Positions 46,838-55,326 of a DNA stretch of 64,000 nt are shown in pieces. The stretch is from contig NZ_JAQNDL010000001.1 in assembly GCF_028368995.1 (NCBI RefSeq), positions 4,352,001 through 4,416,000 of the forward strand. The letters run 5' to 3'. Below the pieces are notes generated by a model. The model saw nothing but the letters and a program-made list of their open reading frames with translations, did no database searches and was not told the origin of the DNA. Every line of letters begins with the position of its first letter. Positions within the stretch are counted from its first letter, which is position 1. The stretch comes from Nannocystis bainbridge. GTDB lineage: Bacteria; Myxococcota_A; Polyangia; Nannocystales; Nannocystaceae. The translations under genes were made by a program, and so were the position numbers.

Positions 46838-48106
46838 ATGCTCCTGCGCGATCCCGTGCACGGCCTGATCTCCTTCAGCGGCGCCACCGCCCGCCTCGCC
46901 ACGCGCCTCCTCGACTGCGCCGAGGTCCAGCGTTTGCGGCGGATCCGCGCCCTCGGCCTCGCCGCCCTCGCCTTTCCTGGCGGCGAGCACTCGCGCTTCG
47001 CCCACGCCGTCGGCGCTGCCCACGTCATGCAGCGTTACCTCGATCGCGTGCGCACCCTCGCCCAGGAGCTCCCGCCGCACGATCGCATCGATGACTTCTG
47101 GGCCCACGTCGCCCTCGCTGCTGCCCTCCTCCACGACCTCGGCCACGGCCCGCTCAGTCACACCTTCGAGGCCGTGCTCCCTGGCGCCCCGCGCCACGAA
47201 GTGTGGACCTCGCGGATCCTCCTCGACCCCGACACCCAGGTCCACCGCGTCCTCGCCGAGCTCGACCCGACCGCGCCCGCGCTCGTCGAGCGCCTCATCC
47301 ATGGTCAGGGCCCGATCGGTCACCTCGCGCGCGCCGTCTCCGGCACCTTCGACGTCGATCGCTGCGACTACCTCATGCGCGACAGCTACATGACCGGCGT
47401 GCGCTACGGCCTCCTCGACGTCGACTGGTTGCTCGCCTCGCTGCGGCTCTACGTCCCCGAGGGCTCGACCTCTGCGCGGCTCGCCGTCGACGGCGAGAAG
47501 GGCCTCACCGCCGTCGAGGGCTTCTTCCTCGCCCGCCTCTACATGTACCGCCAGGTCTACCTGCACAAGGCCGCGCGCGCCGCCGAGATGATGATCCGGG
47601 CCCTGTTCCGCCGCCTGTGCGAGCTCGGCCCCGAGCCTGGCACCCCGCCGGTCCTCGAGGATCTCTTGCGCGGCCGCCCCGTCGACATCCACAGCTACCT
47701 CCGCCTCGACGACCACGCCCTCGCCGAGGCTCTCGCCGCCTACGCTCGCAGCGCCGACCCTGTCCTGCGCGAGCTCGCCGACGGCCTCGTCGGCCGGCAC
47801 CTTTTTAAAACCTTGCGGCTCGCGCCGCACGTCGACTCTGCCGCCGCCGAGGCCCGGCTCGCCGAAGTCCTCGCCGCCGAGGGCGTCGCCCCCGCGTACC
47901 TCGGCGCCATCGACCGCGTCGAGATCGACGCCTACACCGACGACGAGGCGCTCATGGTCCTGCGCAGCGGCGGCCGCGTCCAGCGCCTGCTCGACGCCTC
48001 TCCGCTGCTCCGCGGCCTCGCCCGCGAGCGCTTCGTCCACCACCGCGCCGTCTTCCCCCCGGCCCTGCGCGCCCGCGTCTCGGCTGCCCTTGCGGACATG
48101 ACCTGA
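46838..48106 (+). CDS. HD-domain phosphohydrolase (SAMHD1/YdhJ-like)
   Basis: RDPVHG, QRLRRI, HSRFAH, LLHDLGHGPLSHTFE, DVDRCDYLMRDS, VYLHK. Confidence 0.93.
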   Translation: MLLRDPVHGLISFSGATARLATRLLDCAEVQRLRRIRALGLAALAFPGGEHSRFAHAVGAAHVMQRYLDRVRTLAQELPPHDRIDDFWAHVALAAALLHDLGHGPLSHTFEAVLPGAPRHEVWTSRILLDPDTQVHRVLAELDPTAPALVERLIHGQGPIGHLARAVSGTFDVDRCDYLMRDSYMTGVRYGLLDVDWLLASLRLYVPEGSTSARLAVDGEKGLTAVEGFFLARLYMYRQVYLHKAARAAEMMIRALFRRLCELGPEPGTPPVLEDLLRGRPVDIHSYLRLDDHALAEALAAYARSADPVLRELADGLVGRHLFKTLRLAPHVDSAAAEARLAEVLAAEGVAPAYLGAIDRVEIDAYTDDEALMVLRSGGRVQRLLDASPLLRGLARERFVHHRAVFPPALRARVSAALADMT

Positions 48107-48222
48107 AGACCCTGTCCTGAAGGCCCTGTCCTTCAAGACCTTCTCTATCGGCCATGTCCTTGCGACCCTGTACCAGAGAGCATGCTCTCTCAGACATGTC
48201 CTTTCAACCCTGTCCTTTGAGG
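48093..48222. repeat. Longest 14-bp-phased array (9 consecutive cores)
   Basis: Cores at 48097, 48111, 48125, 48139, 48153, 48167, 48181, 48195, 48209. Confidence 0.92.
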
Positions 48223-48377
48223 CAATGAGCATTTCGCCCCTTCGATCTCGGCGACGAGCACTGCCTCTGAGCTGACCATCACCTCCATGCCGGCCGAGAC
48301 ATCGCCCTGACTCTCGCCCCTCGCGCAGGCCCAGTCCCGCCGCCGCCCTCACCGCCACCTCCTCACCGGCCCCTCCC

Positions 48378-48998
48378 ATGTCCTTGCGCAAGAGCTCCCG
48401 TCCGCGCTGCCCCGTCTGCGGCCTTCACCTCGAGCGGTGCCTGTGCGCCGAGCTCCCGGTGCTCGACCTGCCGACTCGCTTTGTCCTCGTCCAGCACAAC
48501 CGCGAGCGCTACAAGCCGACCAGCACCGGCCGGGCCGCCGCGGCCGTCCTGCGCGCTCCCATCCTTCACTACGGCGCCCAGGACGTCGCCATGGAGACTG
48601 GCCCGCTCACCGAGCCCGACCTCGACTACGTCGTGCTCTTCCCCGCCGAGGACGCCCAGGTCGCCGGTCCCGAGCTCCTGCAAACCGCCCCCGGCCGTCA
48701 GCGCTGCGTCGTCATCCTCGACGGCACCTGGCACCAGTGCTCACGCATGGCCCGGCGCGCCGCCCACGTCGCCGAATTTCCGAAGGTGTCCCTTCCGCCA
48801 GGTGGCCCCTCGCGCTGGGGCATCCGCCACGCCCCGCGCCCCGAGGCCGTCTGCACCTTCGAGGCCGCCACCCGCCTCGTCGAGGTCCTCCACGGCCCCG
48901 AAGTCGCCCGCCCGATGGAGCGCTTCTTCCTCGAGCTGACCGCCCGCATGCACGCCCAGCGCGGCTCCCTCCCGCCGGGCCACGACGACGACGACTGA
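48378..48998 (+). CDS. DTW-domain tRNA-uridine aminocarboxypropyltransferase-like
   Basis: CPVC...CLC zinc site, HNRE..KPTSTG, ILDGTW, CTFEA. Confidence 0.9.
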   Translation: MSLRKSSRPRCPVCGLHLERCLCAELPVLDLPTRFVLVQHNRERYKPTSTGRAAAAVLRAPILHYGAQDVAMETGPLTEPDLDYVVLFPAEDAQVAGPELLQTAPGRQRCVVILDGTWHQCSRMARRAAHVAEFPKVSLPPGGPSRWGIRHAPRPEAVCTFEAATRLVEVLHGPEVARPMERFFLELTARMHAQRGSLPPGHDDDD

Positions 48999-49032
48999 AC
49001 GAGCTTCGTCGCTCACCGCTCGCGCGAGCCCG

Positions 49033-50679
49033 TCATTCGCCGCCGTGCGAGCGCAACGCCGCCAGCGCGTCCCAGTCCGGCTCTCCGGGCCGCAGCCGCG
49101 GCACCGGCACCGGCTTGCCATCCCGGCCGCGGACCACGTCGACCCCCACGTGCTCCCGGACCGCTTTGCGCGACCCGCTGCGGGCCTCTGCCGACAACCG
49201 CGCCACGTACACCCCCGAGCGCTCGCCGTCGCGGATCGAGTAGCTGATGAGCCCTTCCTCGTGGCCCCACCGCATATCGAGCGAGAGGGCGAACACGTGG
49301 CGATCGACGAGCCGCTCCTGGCCCGTCGCCAGATCGATCACCACCAGATCGCCGAGCCAGTCGGCGCCAATGCCGACCGGACCGAGCATGCGTTCGTCCG
49401 ACAGCCGCCCCAAGAATTCGTTCGCGCGGCTCGCGAGCTGCTCCGGCGCGCCTTCGAACGGCACCCGCCAGAGCGGCCCCTCGTCGCGCTTTCTGCCCTC
49501 GATGCAGCACCCCTTGGCCTCGAACAGGACCAGGCCGTCGTCCTCGATCCACTTGATGCGCCCCTGCTTCTCGAACGGCCGCGACGTGCCCGCCTTCAGG
49601 TCGGTCAGGGTCAAGGTGCTGTCGGAGAGCGATCCGGTGATCCACCGCTCGTCGTCGATCTTCGCGACGGGCGATACGTCCCCCGGTACGTCGACGAAGT
49701 CGAGATTGGGGAGGAAGAAGATCCGCTGGGTCTCCGAGAAGCCGAAGCCGAGCTGAACGATCCCCGCGCCGGCCTGGCTCAGCGGGAACAGGCTCAGCCT
49801 CAGCCACGACCGGGCCAGCAGCGCGTCGACATCGGTCGTCAGGTCGCGCAGGAAGATGTCGCCCTCCGGAGCCTCGGGATCGCCGTTGGTGACGGTCGCG
49901 TCTTGCCAGAGCAGCCAGCGCCCGTCGCGGGAAGTCTCCACCTCGCGCACGTCCGGCACCAGCGGCGCCACCGAGCGGTCGGCCAGGTCGATGCGCATCA
50001 GCGTGCCCTCGTCGTCGAGCGCCAGCACGAAATCGTCGAACGTGCGGATCGAGCTGGCGACGATGCCGGTGCCGCCGCGGCCCGTCGAGGTGATACGCAC
50101 ATCGTCGAGCAGCACGACCGGCTCCGACGTCTGGGTGAGCGGGTCGTCGGGGTAGGGGCTCAGCATCAGCGCCCCGAAGTCCTCGTCGTGCGGGACGACC
50201 GAGAGCATCCCGTGGTCGGTCCAGCGCAGCGCACAGCCGAACGCCTCCGGGTCGCCAGCGAACACCACGTGCGGCTCGCGCTCCCCGAGCGGATCGAGGA
50301 GCAAGACCTCCGCGGTCTCCTCGTCGCAACCGAAGAGCAGCTCCGGCCAGCGGTCGACGGTGAAGATCATCCCGATATCTCGCGCCAGCATCACCGGCGA
50401 CTCGCCGCACAGCCCGGTCGACCACACCTCGGGGTCGCTCGTATCCGGGAAGTAGTCATCCTCGTCGCCGGGCGCGATCCGCTCGGTCGAGAACACCAGC
50501 CGGTCGCCGATCCGCGTCTGCCAGCCGAAGTTGACCTGACGGTCCGGCTCGAGCGGGAGGATGCGAAACGGTCCTTCCTGGCCGCAAACCTCTTCGAGCT
50601 CCTCCTGAGCGACCGGGTCGGGCCCACACCCCACGCCCAGGACGATCGCGCCGATACAGCCGCCGACACCACGCTTCAT
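49033..50679 (-). CDS. Hypothetical lipoprotein, beta-propeller-like
   Basis: GVGC lipobox, acidic beta-rich sequence. Confidence 0.75.
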   Translation of the reverse strand: MKRGVGGCIGAIVLGVGCGPDPVAQEELEEVCGQEGPFRILPLEPDRQVNFGWQTRIGDRLVFSTERIAPGDEDDYFPDTSDPEVWSTGLCGESPVMLARDIGMIFTVDRWPELLFGCDEETAEVLLLDPLGEREPHVVFAGDPEAFGCALRWTDHGMLSVVPHDEDFGALMLSPYPDDPLTQTSEPVVLLDDVRITSTGRGGTGIVASSIRTFDDFVLALDDEGTLMRIDLADRSVAPLVPDVREVETSRDGRWLLWQDATVTNGDPEAPEGDIFLRDLTTDVDALLARSWLRLSLFPLSQAGAGIVQLGFGFSETQRIFFLPNLDFVDVPGDVSPVAKIDDERWITGSLSDSTLTLTDLKAGTSRPFEKQGRIKWIEDDGLVLFEAKGCCIEGRKRDEGPLWRVPFEGAPEQLASRANEFLGRLSDERMLGPVGIGADWLGDLVVIDLATGQERLVDRHVFALSLDMRWGHEEGLISYSIRDGERSGVYVARLSAEARSGSRKAVREHVGVDVVRGRDGKPVPVPRLRPGEPDWDALAALRSHGGE

Positions 50680-50747
50680 ATCCCGCAAAGATAGACCGCC
50701 TCCCGGGCGGACGCACGCGCGCGGCGCCGAAAATTCTCGGGCCGTCC

Positions 50748-51125
50748 TCAGCGATAGATGCGCGCCTCTTCCTCGTGCAGCGTCAGGTACGTAAAGACCG
50801 TCCAGTCGGCTGCCACCAGCCCCGTGACCACGCGGCAGGCCACCACGGTCCCCGACAGCGCCCGCGTCGGCCGGACCATCGGCGACATCTCGAGCACGCG
50901 CGGCGAGCTCGGACCGAGGTGGTCGCGAGCTTCCTGCTTGAACAACCACTCCGGCGCATACTCGATTCCCGTGTCGAGGTCGCGGATGAGCGGCATGTCG
51001 AGCTGCTCGCTGAACTCCACGCTGAAGAAGCCCGTGTCGCGCTCGAAGAACTGCAGCTCCACCCGGTGGCCGATGGGGATCGGCGCAGCATGGTGGAATA
51101 CGTAGACGACCGGCTCGGTCCCCAT
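50748..51125 (-). CDS. Hypothetical protein
   Basis: MGTEPVVYVF... 125 aa with AGAGGA SD, follows ABC ATPase. Confidence 0.65.
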   Translation of the reverse strand: MGTEPVVYVFHHAAPIPIGHRVELQFFERDTGFFSVEFSEQLDMPLIRDLDTGIEYAPEWLFKQEARDHLGPSSPRVLEMSPMVRPTRALSGTVVACRVVTGLVAADWTVFTYLTLHEEEARIYR

Positions 51126-51139
51126 CCGCGATCCTCTTA

Positions 51140-51868
51140 TCAGAGCCGCGGCGCCGCGTCGACGAGCGCCCGGGTGGCCGCGGCCTGCGGGGCGGTCAGC
51201 ACCGAAGTCACCGGGCCGGACTCGACCGGGCGGCCGCCCGCGAGCACCAGCACGTCCTCCACCGTACCTGGCAGAAAGGACAGGTCGTGGCTGATCATCA
51301 CCAGCCCGATCGACGCGGTCCGTAGCGAGCGCAGCAGGTCGACGATGGTCCAGGCGACCGGGCGGTCGAGCGCGCTCGTGATCTCGTCGACGATCAGCAG
51401 CTCCGGCTCCGCGGCCAGCGCCCGCGCGATCGCGGCCCGCTGCCGCTGCCCGCCGCTGAGCGCCCCCGGCACCCGGCCGAGCAGCTCGGGCCCCAGCGCC
51501 ACGCGCTCCATCAGCGCCGCCGCTCGCGGATCGTCCCGACCATAACGATCGCGCCCCGCCAGCAGCCGCGCCTCGTCGATGCTGCGCCGGATCGTCAGGT
51601 TGGGGTCGAGCGCCGTCGCCGGGTCCTGCCACACCAGCTGCACCCGCGCCCGCAGCTCCGCCCACGCCGCCCGCGGCGACCCGACCAGCTCGCGCCCCGC
51701 CAGCCGCAGCGAGCCCGCGAGCTCCGGCTCGAGCCCGACCAGCGCCCGCGCCAGCGTCGACTTCCCCGAGCCCGAGCGACCGATCACCGCCAACCCCGTG
51801 CTCCGCCCGAGCTCGAGGTCCACCCCGCGCAGCCGCTCGCCGACCGTCAGCCCGCGTCCGACAAGCAT
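51140..51868 (-). CDS. ABC transporter ATP-binding protein (DppF/NikE-like)
   Basis: GRSGSGKST, LSGGQRQR, LLIVDE, ISHD; start 51868 or 51916. Confidence 0.92.
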   Translation of the reverse strand: MLVGRGLTVGERLRGVDLELGRSTGLAVIGRSGSGKSTLARALVGLEPELAGSLRLAGRELVGSPRAAWAELRARVQLVWQDPATALDPNLTIRRSIDEARLLAGRDRYGRDDPRAAALMERVALGPELLGRVPGALSGGQRQRAAIARALAAEPELLIVDEITSALDRPVAWTIVDLLRSLRTASIGLVMISHDLSFLPGTVEDVLVLAGGRPVESGPVTSVLTAPQAAATRALVDAAPRL

Positions 51869-51914
51869 GTCCTCGTGGACATGCCCTGATGAACCTGTCT
51901 CTAGAGACATGTTC
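51863..51914. repeat. 14-bp-phased array between the two ABC ATPase genes
   Basis: CATG 51866, CATG 51880, CCTG 51894, CATG 51908. Confidence 0.88.
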
Positions 51915-51920
51915 ATAGGG

Positions 51921-52679
51921 TCATCCTCGCCGCGCCGCCGCCAACACCATCGCCGCCGTGGTCGGCTCGGGCGGCGCCGCTAGCAGCTCGGCCAGCGGTC
52001 CGCGAGCGACCATGCGCCCGCCGTCCAGCACGATCGCGCGCGCGCAGCAGCGGACCACGCGGGCCAGGTCGTGCGACACCAGCACCAGCGCCACCTGCTC
52101 GGCTGCGCAGCGCCGCACCAGCAGCTCGACCAGCTCGGCCTGGCTCACGCAGTCGAGCGCCGCCATCGGCTCGTCGGCCAGCAGCAACGCGGGGCGGCAG
52201 GCCAGCGCCAGCGCCAGGGCCACGCGCTGCGCCTGCCCGCCGCTCAGCGCGTGCGGGTGGCGATCCGCGAACTCCGCCGCGAGCCCCACCTCTTCGAGGC
52301 GCTCATTTGGACGCCCGTCCGTGTCGTGCAGCGCACAGACCTCGCGCAGCTGCGCGCCGACGGTGCGCATCGGGTCGAGGCTCGCCGCCGCGGCCTGGGG
52401 CACCAGCGCCAGCCCGCGCCCGCGCAGCTGCGCCAGCGCGTCGCGATCGGCGAGCGACACCTCGCGGCCCTCCCACTGCAACCTCCCCGTCACCTTCGCC
52501 TCGCTCGGCGCCAGCCCCAGGAGACAGCGCAGCACCAGGCTCTTGCCGGCCCCGGACGGCCCGAGCACCGCCAGCGCCTCGCCGTGATCGATCGAGAAGC
52601 ACACCCCTGCGAGCAGCGTTCGCCCGGCGATCGTGCAGCCGAGGTCGTCGACCCGCATCACGCCCAGCGTAACGCGCAC
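51921..52679 (-). CDS. ABC transporter ATP-binding protein (DppD/NikD-like)
   Basis: GPSGAGKS, LSGGQAQR, LLADEP, VSHD; start uncertain. Confidence 0.9.
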   Translation of the reverse strand: MRVTLGVMRVDDLGCTIAGRTLLAGVCFSIDHGEALAVLGPSGAGKSLVLRCLLGLAPSEAKVTGRLQWEGREVSLADRDALAQLRGRGLALVPQAAAASLDPMRTVGAQLREVCALHDTDGRPNERLEEVGLAAEFADRHPHALSGGQAQRVALALALACRPALLLADEPMAALDCVSQAELVELLVRRCAAEQVALVLVSHDLARVVRCCARAIVLDGGRMVARGPLAELLAAPPEPTTAAMVLAAARRG

Positions 52680-52743
52680 GCGGCCGGCTGTCCGATGTGA
52701 CAGCCAAGAAACGCGTGAGAATACAAGTCACTCCCCGAGGCGA

Positions 52744-52772
52744 TGTCACAGAGATGGAACATTCGCGACATC
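52744..52772 (+). promoter_or_regulatory. Pho-box-like direct repeats upstream of tonB
   Basis: TGTCACA 52744, TGGAACA 52755, CGACATC 52766 (11-bp period). Confidence 0.45.
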
Positions 52773-52811
52773 GGGCTGCAAAGCCTGTTCGTCATAAACC
52801 TCCGCGTCCCG

Positions 52812-53633
52812 ATGTTCAACGGCTTCGACCCCGCGACCCGCGATCAGGTGTTCGTACGCCGGAACAAGCGGGCGATCGTCCTGGCCCTGTTCGGCCATAT
52901 GTTGGTGATCGGCACCTGGGCCTGGCGTGACCGCCTGCACGAGCCCGAGGTCGCCGTCCTCCTCGAGCCCGAGATCAAGGACTTCGCCGTCGACGAGCAG
53001 CCCGAGCCGGAGGTGGAAGAAGAGCCGCCCCCGCCTCCGCCGCCTGACGTGCCGAAGCCCCAGCCGCAGGCCAAGCCCAAGCCCAAGCCCAAGCTCGACC
53101 CGCCGAAGGTCATCCCCGTGGGACCGCCGCCCGAGCAGGCCGCGCCCAGCAGCGACAAGAACTTCGGGACAGGTCAGCCCGGCCAGGGCAGCGGCCCGCC
53201 GAAGCAGGCCGACAAGCCCGCGCCGCCGAAGAAGCCCGACCCGCCGAAGCCGGCCCCACCGCCGAAGAAGGTCGAGGAGCCGATCGATCCGACCAAGCCG
53301 GTCGACCGGCCCGAGCGGGCCAGCGTGCCGACCCCCGACGCCGGCAACAAGATGCCCGACTACCCGGGCGAGCTGCGCGACGGCGGCATCGAGGGCGAGG
53401 TCGTGCTCAAGCTGCACGTCCATCGCGACGGCACGGTCAAGGGCGCCAAGATCTTGCGGGCCACCAACACGGCCTCCGGCGACGAAGAGAAGACCCAAGC
53501 CGAGAAGCTGTTCAAGGCCGCCGTCATCGGCGTCGTCAAGGGGTGGAAGTACACCCCGTCCAAGCTCGACGGCGAGCCGATCTCGGTTTGGATCATCGTC
53601 AACTTCCCCTTCAAGCTCACCGGCGGCGGATGA
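52812..53633 (+). CDS. tonB: TonB family energy transducer
   Basis: TM helix with His, Pro/Lys-rich linker, DYP...GIEGEVVL...WKYTP C-terminal domain. Confidence 0.93.
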   Translation: MFNGFDPATRDQVFVRRNKRAIVLALFGHMLVIGTWAWRDRLHEPEVAVLLEPEIKDFAVDEQPEPEVEEEPPPPPPPDVPKPQPQAKPKPKPKLDPPKVIPVGPPPEQAAPSSDKNFGTGQPGQGSGPPKQADKPAPPKKPDPPKPAPPPKKVEEPIDPTKPVDRPERASVPTPDAGNKMPDYPGELRDGGIEGEVVLKLHVHRDGTVKGAKILRATNTASGDEEKTQAEKLFKAAVIGVVKGWKYTPSKLDGEPISVWIIVNFPFKLTGGG

Positions 53634-53668
53634 CGCGCGCGAGCAGCAACCCTGAGAGGACCTGAGTC

Positions 53669-54352
53669 ATGGAGATGTCACTGTTCGAGATCTGGGGAAG
53701 CATGAGCCTCCTCTCCCGCTTGGTGGCGATCTCGCTGCTGGGCATGGGTGTGGCCAGCTTCGCGGTCATCATCGAGCGCGCCTGGGTCTTGCGTCGCACC
53801 GACCGCGAGTCGATGGAGTTCGCCAGCAAGTCGCGCTCGCAGTTCGCCGACGGCGACATCGCCGGCGTGCTCGAGCTGGCCCGCCGCTTCACCCGCAACC
53901 CGCTCGCGCGCCTCACCGCCATCGGCGTGCAGACCTTCCAGGCCAACGAGCGCAAGGACGGCGGCCCGACCGCGGCCGCCGAGCTGACCCGCCGCGAGCT
54001 CGCGCGCAAGCTCGAGCTCTACAGCGCCGAGGGTCGCCGCGGCATGGGCATGCTCGCCTCGATCGGCTCGACCGCTCCGTTCATCGGCCTGTTCGGCACC
54101 GTCATCGGCATCATCGTCGCCTTCCAGGGCATCGCCTCCGCCGGCGGTGGTGGCATCGCGGCGGTCTCCGCCGGCATCGCCGAGGCGCTGATCGTCACCG
54201 CGGTCGGCCTCATCGTCGCCATCACCTCGGTGCTGTTCTTCAACTACCTGTCGGGCCGCTTCGACCGCCTCGACATGCAGATGCAGCACGCCGCCGGCGA
54301 GCTGATCGACTATTTGGAGGGCGCCCATGGGCATGGCGGTCGAGACCGGTAA
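53669..54352 (+). CDS. exbB: ExbB/TolQ/MotA proton channel
   Basis: LASIGSTAPFIGLFGTVIGI, GIAEALIVTAVGL. Confidence 0.95.
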   Translation: MEMSLFEIWGSMSLLSRLVAISLLGMGVASFAVIIERAWVLRRTDRESMEFASKSRSQFADGDIAGVLELARRFTRNPLARLTAIGVQTFQANERKDGGPTAAAELTRRELARKLELYSAEGRRGMGMLASIGSTAPFIGLFGTVIGIIVAFQGIASAGGGGIAAVSAGIAEALIVTAVGLIVAITSVLFFNYLSGRFDRLDMQMQHAAGELIDYLEGAHGHGGRDR

Positions 54353-54776
54353 ACCCGGTAAAGGGCCGAAGCCCAGCATCAACGTCACCCCGCTGGTCGA
54401 CGTCGTCCTCGTGCTGCTGATCATCTTCATGCTCATCATCCCGAACATGCAGGATGACAAGCCGATCGAGCTGATAAGCGTCATGTTCCCGGACAAGGAC
54501 GCCGAGAGCAAGGAAGAGCCGCTCGTCGTCACGATCGACCGCAACGAGGTCTACACGCTCGAGGAACAGGACATGGCCCGCGAGCAGGCGATCGGCTTCT
54601 TGAAGGACGTGTACGCCCGCAGCCCCAAGCGCAAGGTCCTGCTGCGCGGCGACGCCAAGGTCCCGTACAAGGCCGTGCGCACCTTCTTCAAGGACGTGCA
54701 GGACATCGGCTTCGGCGGCGTCTCGCTGGCTGTCGGCTCCCAGCGCAAGTGGGACGGCGGCGGGGAGGTCGACTAG
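54327..54776 (+). CDS. exbD: ExbD/TolR protein
   Basis: INVTPLVDVVLVLLIIFM, LRGD. Confidence 0.95.
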   Translation: MGMAVETGKPGKGPKPSINVTPLVDVVLVLLIIFMLIIPNMQDDKPIELISVMFPDKDAESKEEPLVVTIDRNEVYTLEEQDMAREQAIGFLKDVYARSPKRKVLLRGDAKVPYKAVRTFFKDVQDIGFGGVSLAVGSQRKWDGGGEVD

Positions 54777-54778
54777 CC

Positions 54779-55210
54779 ATGGGAGCCAGCCTCAACACCG
54801 GCTTCAAGAAGGCCCGCGTCCAGCCCGAGATGAACGTCACCCCGCTGGTCGACGTCGTCCTCGTGCTGCTCATCATCTTCATGGTCCTCGCGCCCGTGAT
54901 GGCCAAGAGCTTCTGGGTCCGCCTGCCGCCCAAGGACGACAAGGAAGAGCAGCTCGACCAGGCCAACGACCCCGACAAGCCGCTCGTGCTCAGCGTCGCC
55001 GCCGACGGCAAGACCGCGATCAACAAGATCGACGTCGACCGCGCCGAGCTCACCGAGAAGCTCACGCGCATGTTCAACGCGCGCCCCGACAACTCCCTGT
55101 ACCTCGACGCCGCCGACGACACCGAGTACGGCATGGTGCTCGGCGCCGTCGACCTCGCCCGCGGCGCGCAGGCGTTCCCGATCGTCATCCTCACCTCGAA
55201 GCCCGAGTGA
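54779..55210 (+). CDS. exbD: Second ExbD/TolR protein
   Basis: MNVTPLVDVVLVLLIIFMV, LDAAD. Confidence 0.95.
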   Translation: MGASLNTGFKKARVQPEMNVTPLVDVVLVLLIIFMVLAPVMAKSFWVRLPPKDDKEEQLDQANDPDKPLVLSVAADGKTAINKIDVDRAELTEKLTRMFNARPDNSLYLDAADDTEYGMVLGAVDLARGAQAFPIVILTSKPE

Positions 55211-55236
55211 AGCCGCCGTGACTTCTTGGTGACACC

Positions 55237-55266
55237 ACAGCCGCCCCCCTTGGGCGGCTGTTTCGT
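55237..55266 (+). terminator. Hairpin/terminator between exbD and the receptor gene
   Basis: ACAGCCGCCC-CCCTT-GGGCGGCTGT-TTCG. Confidence 0.55.
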
Positions 55267-55326
55267 TTCCAGTACAACCCCCGCGCGGCCGACCCGGTCG
55301 CATCAACAATCGAGATCTGGATCGCC

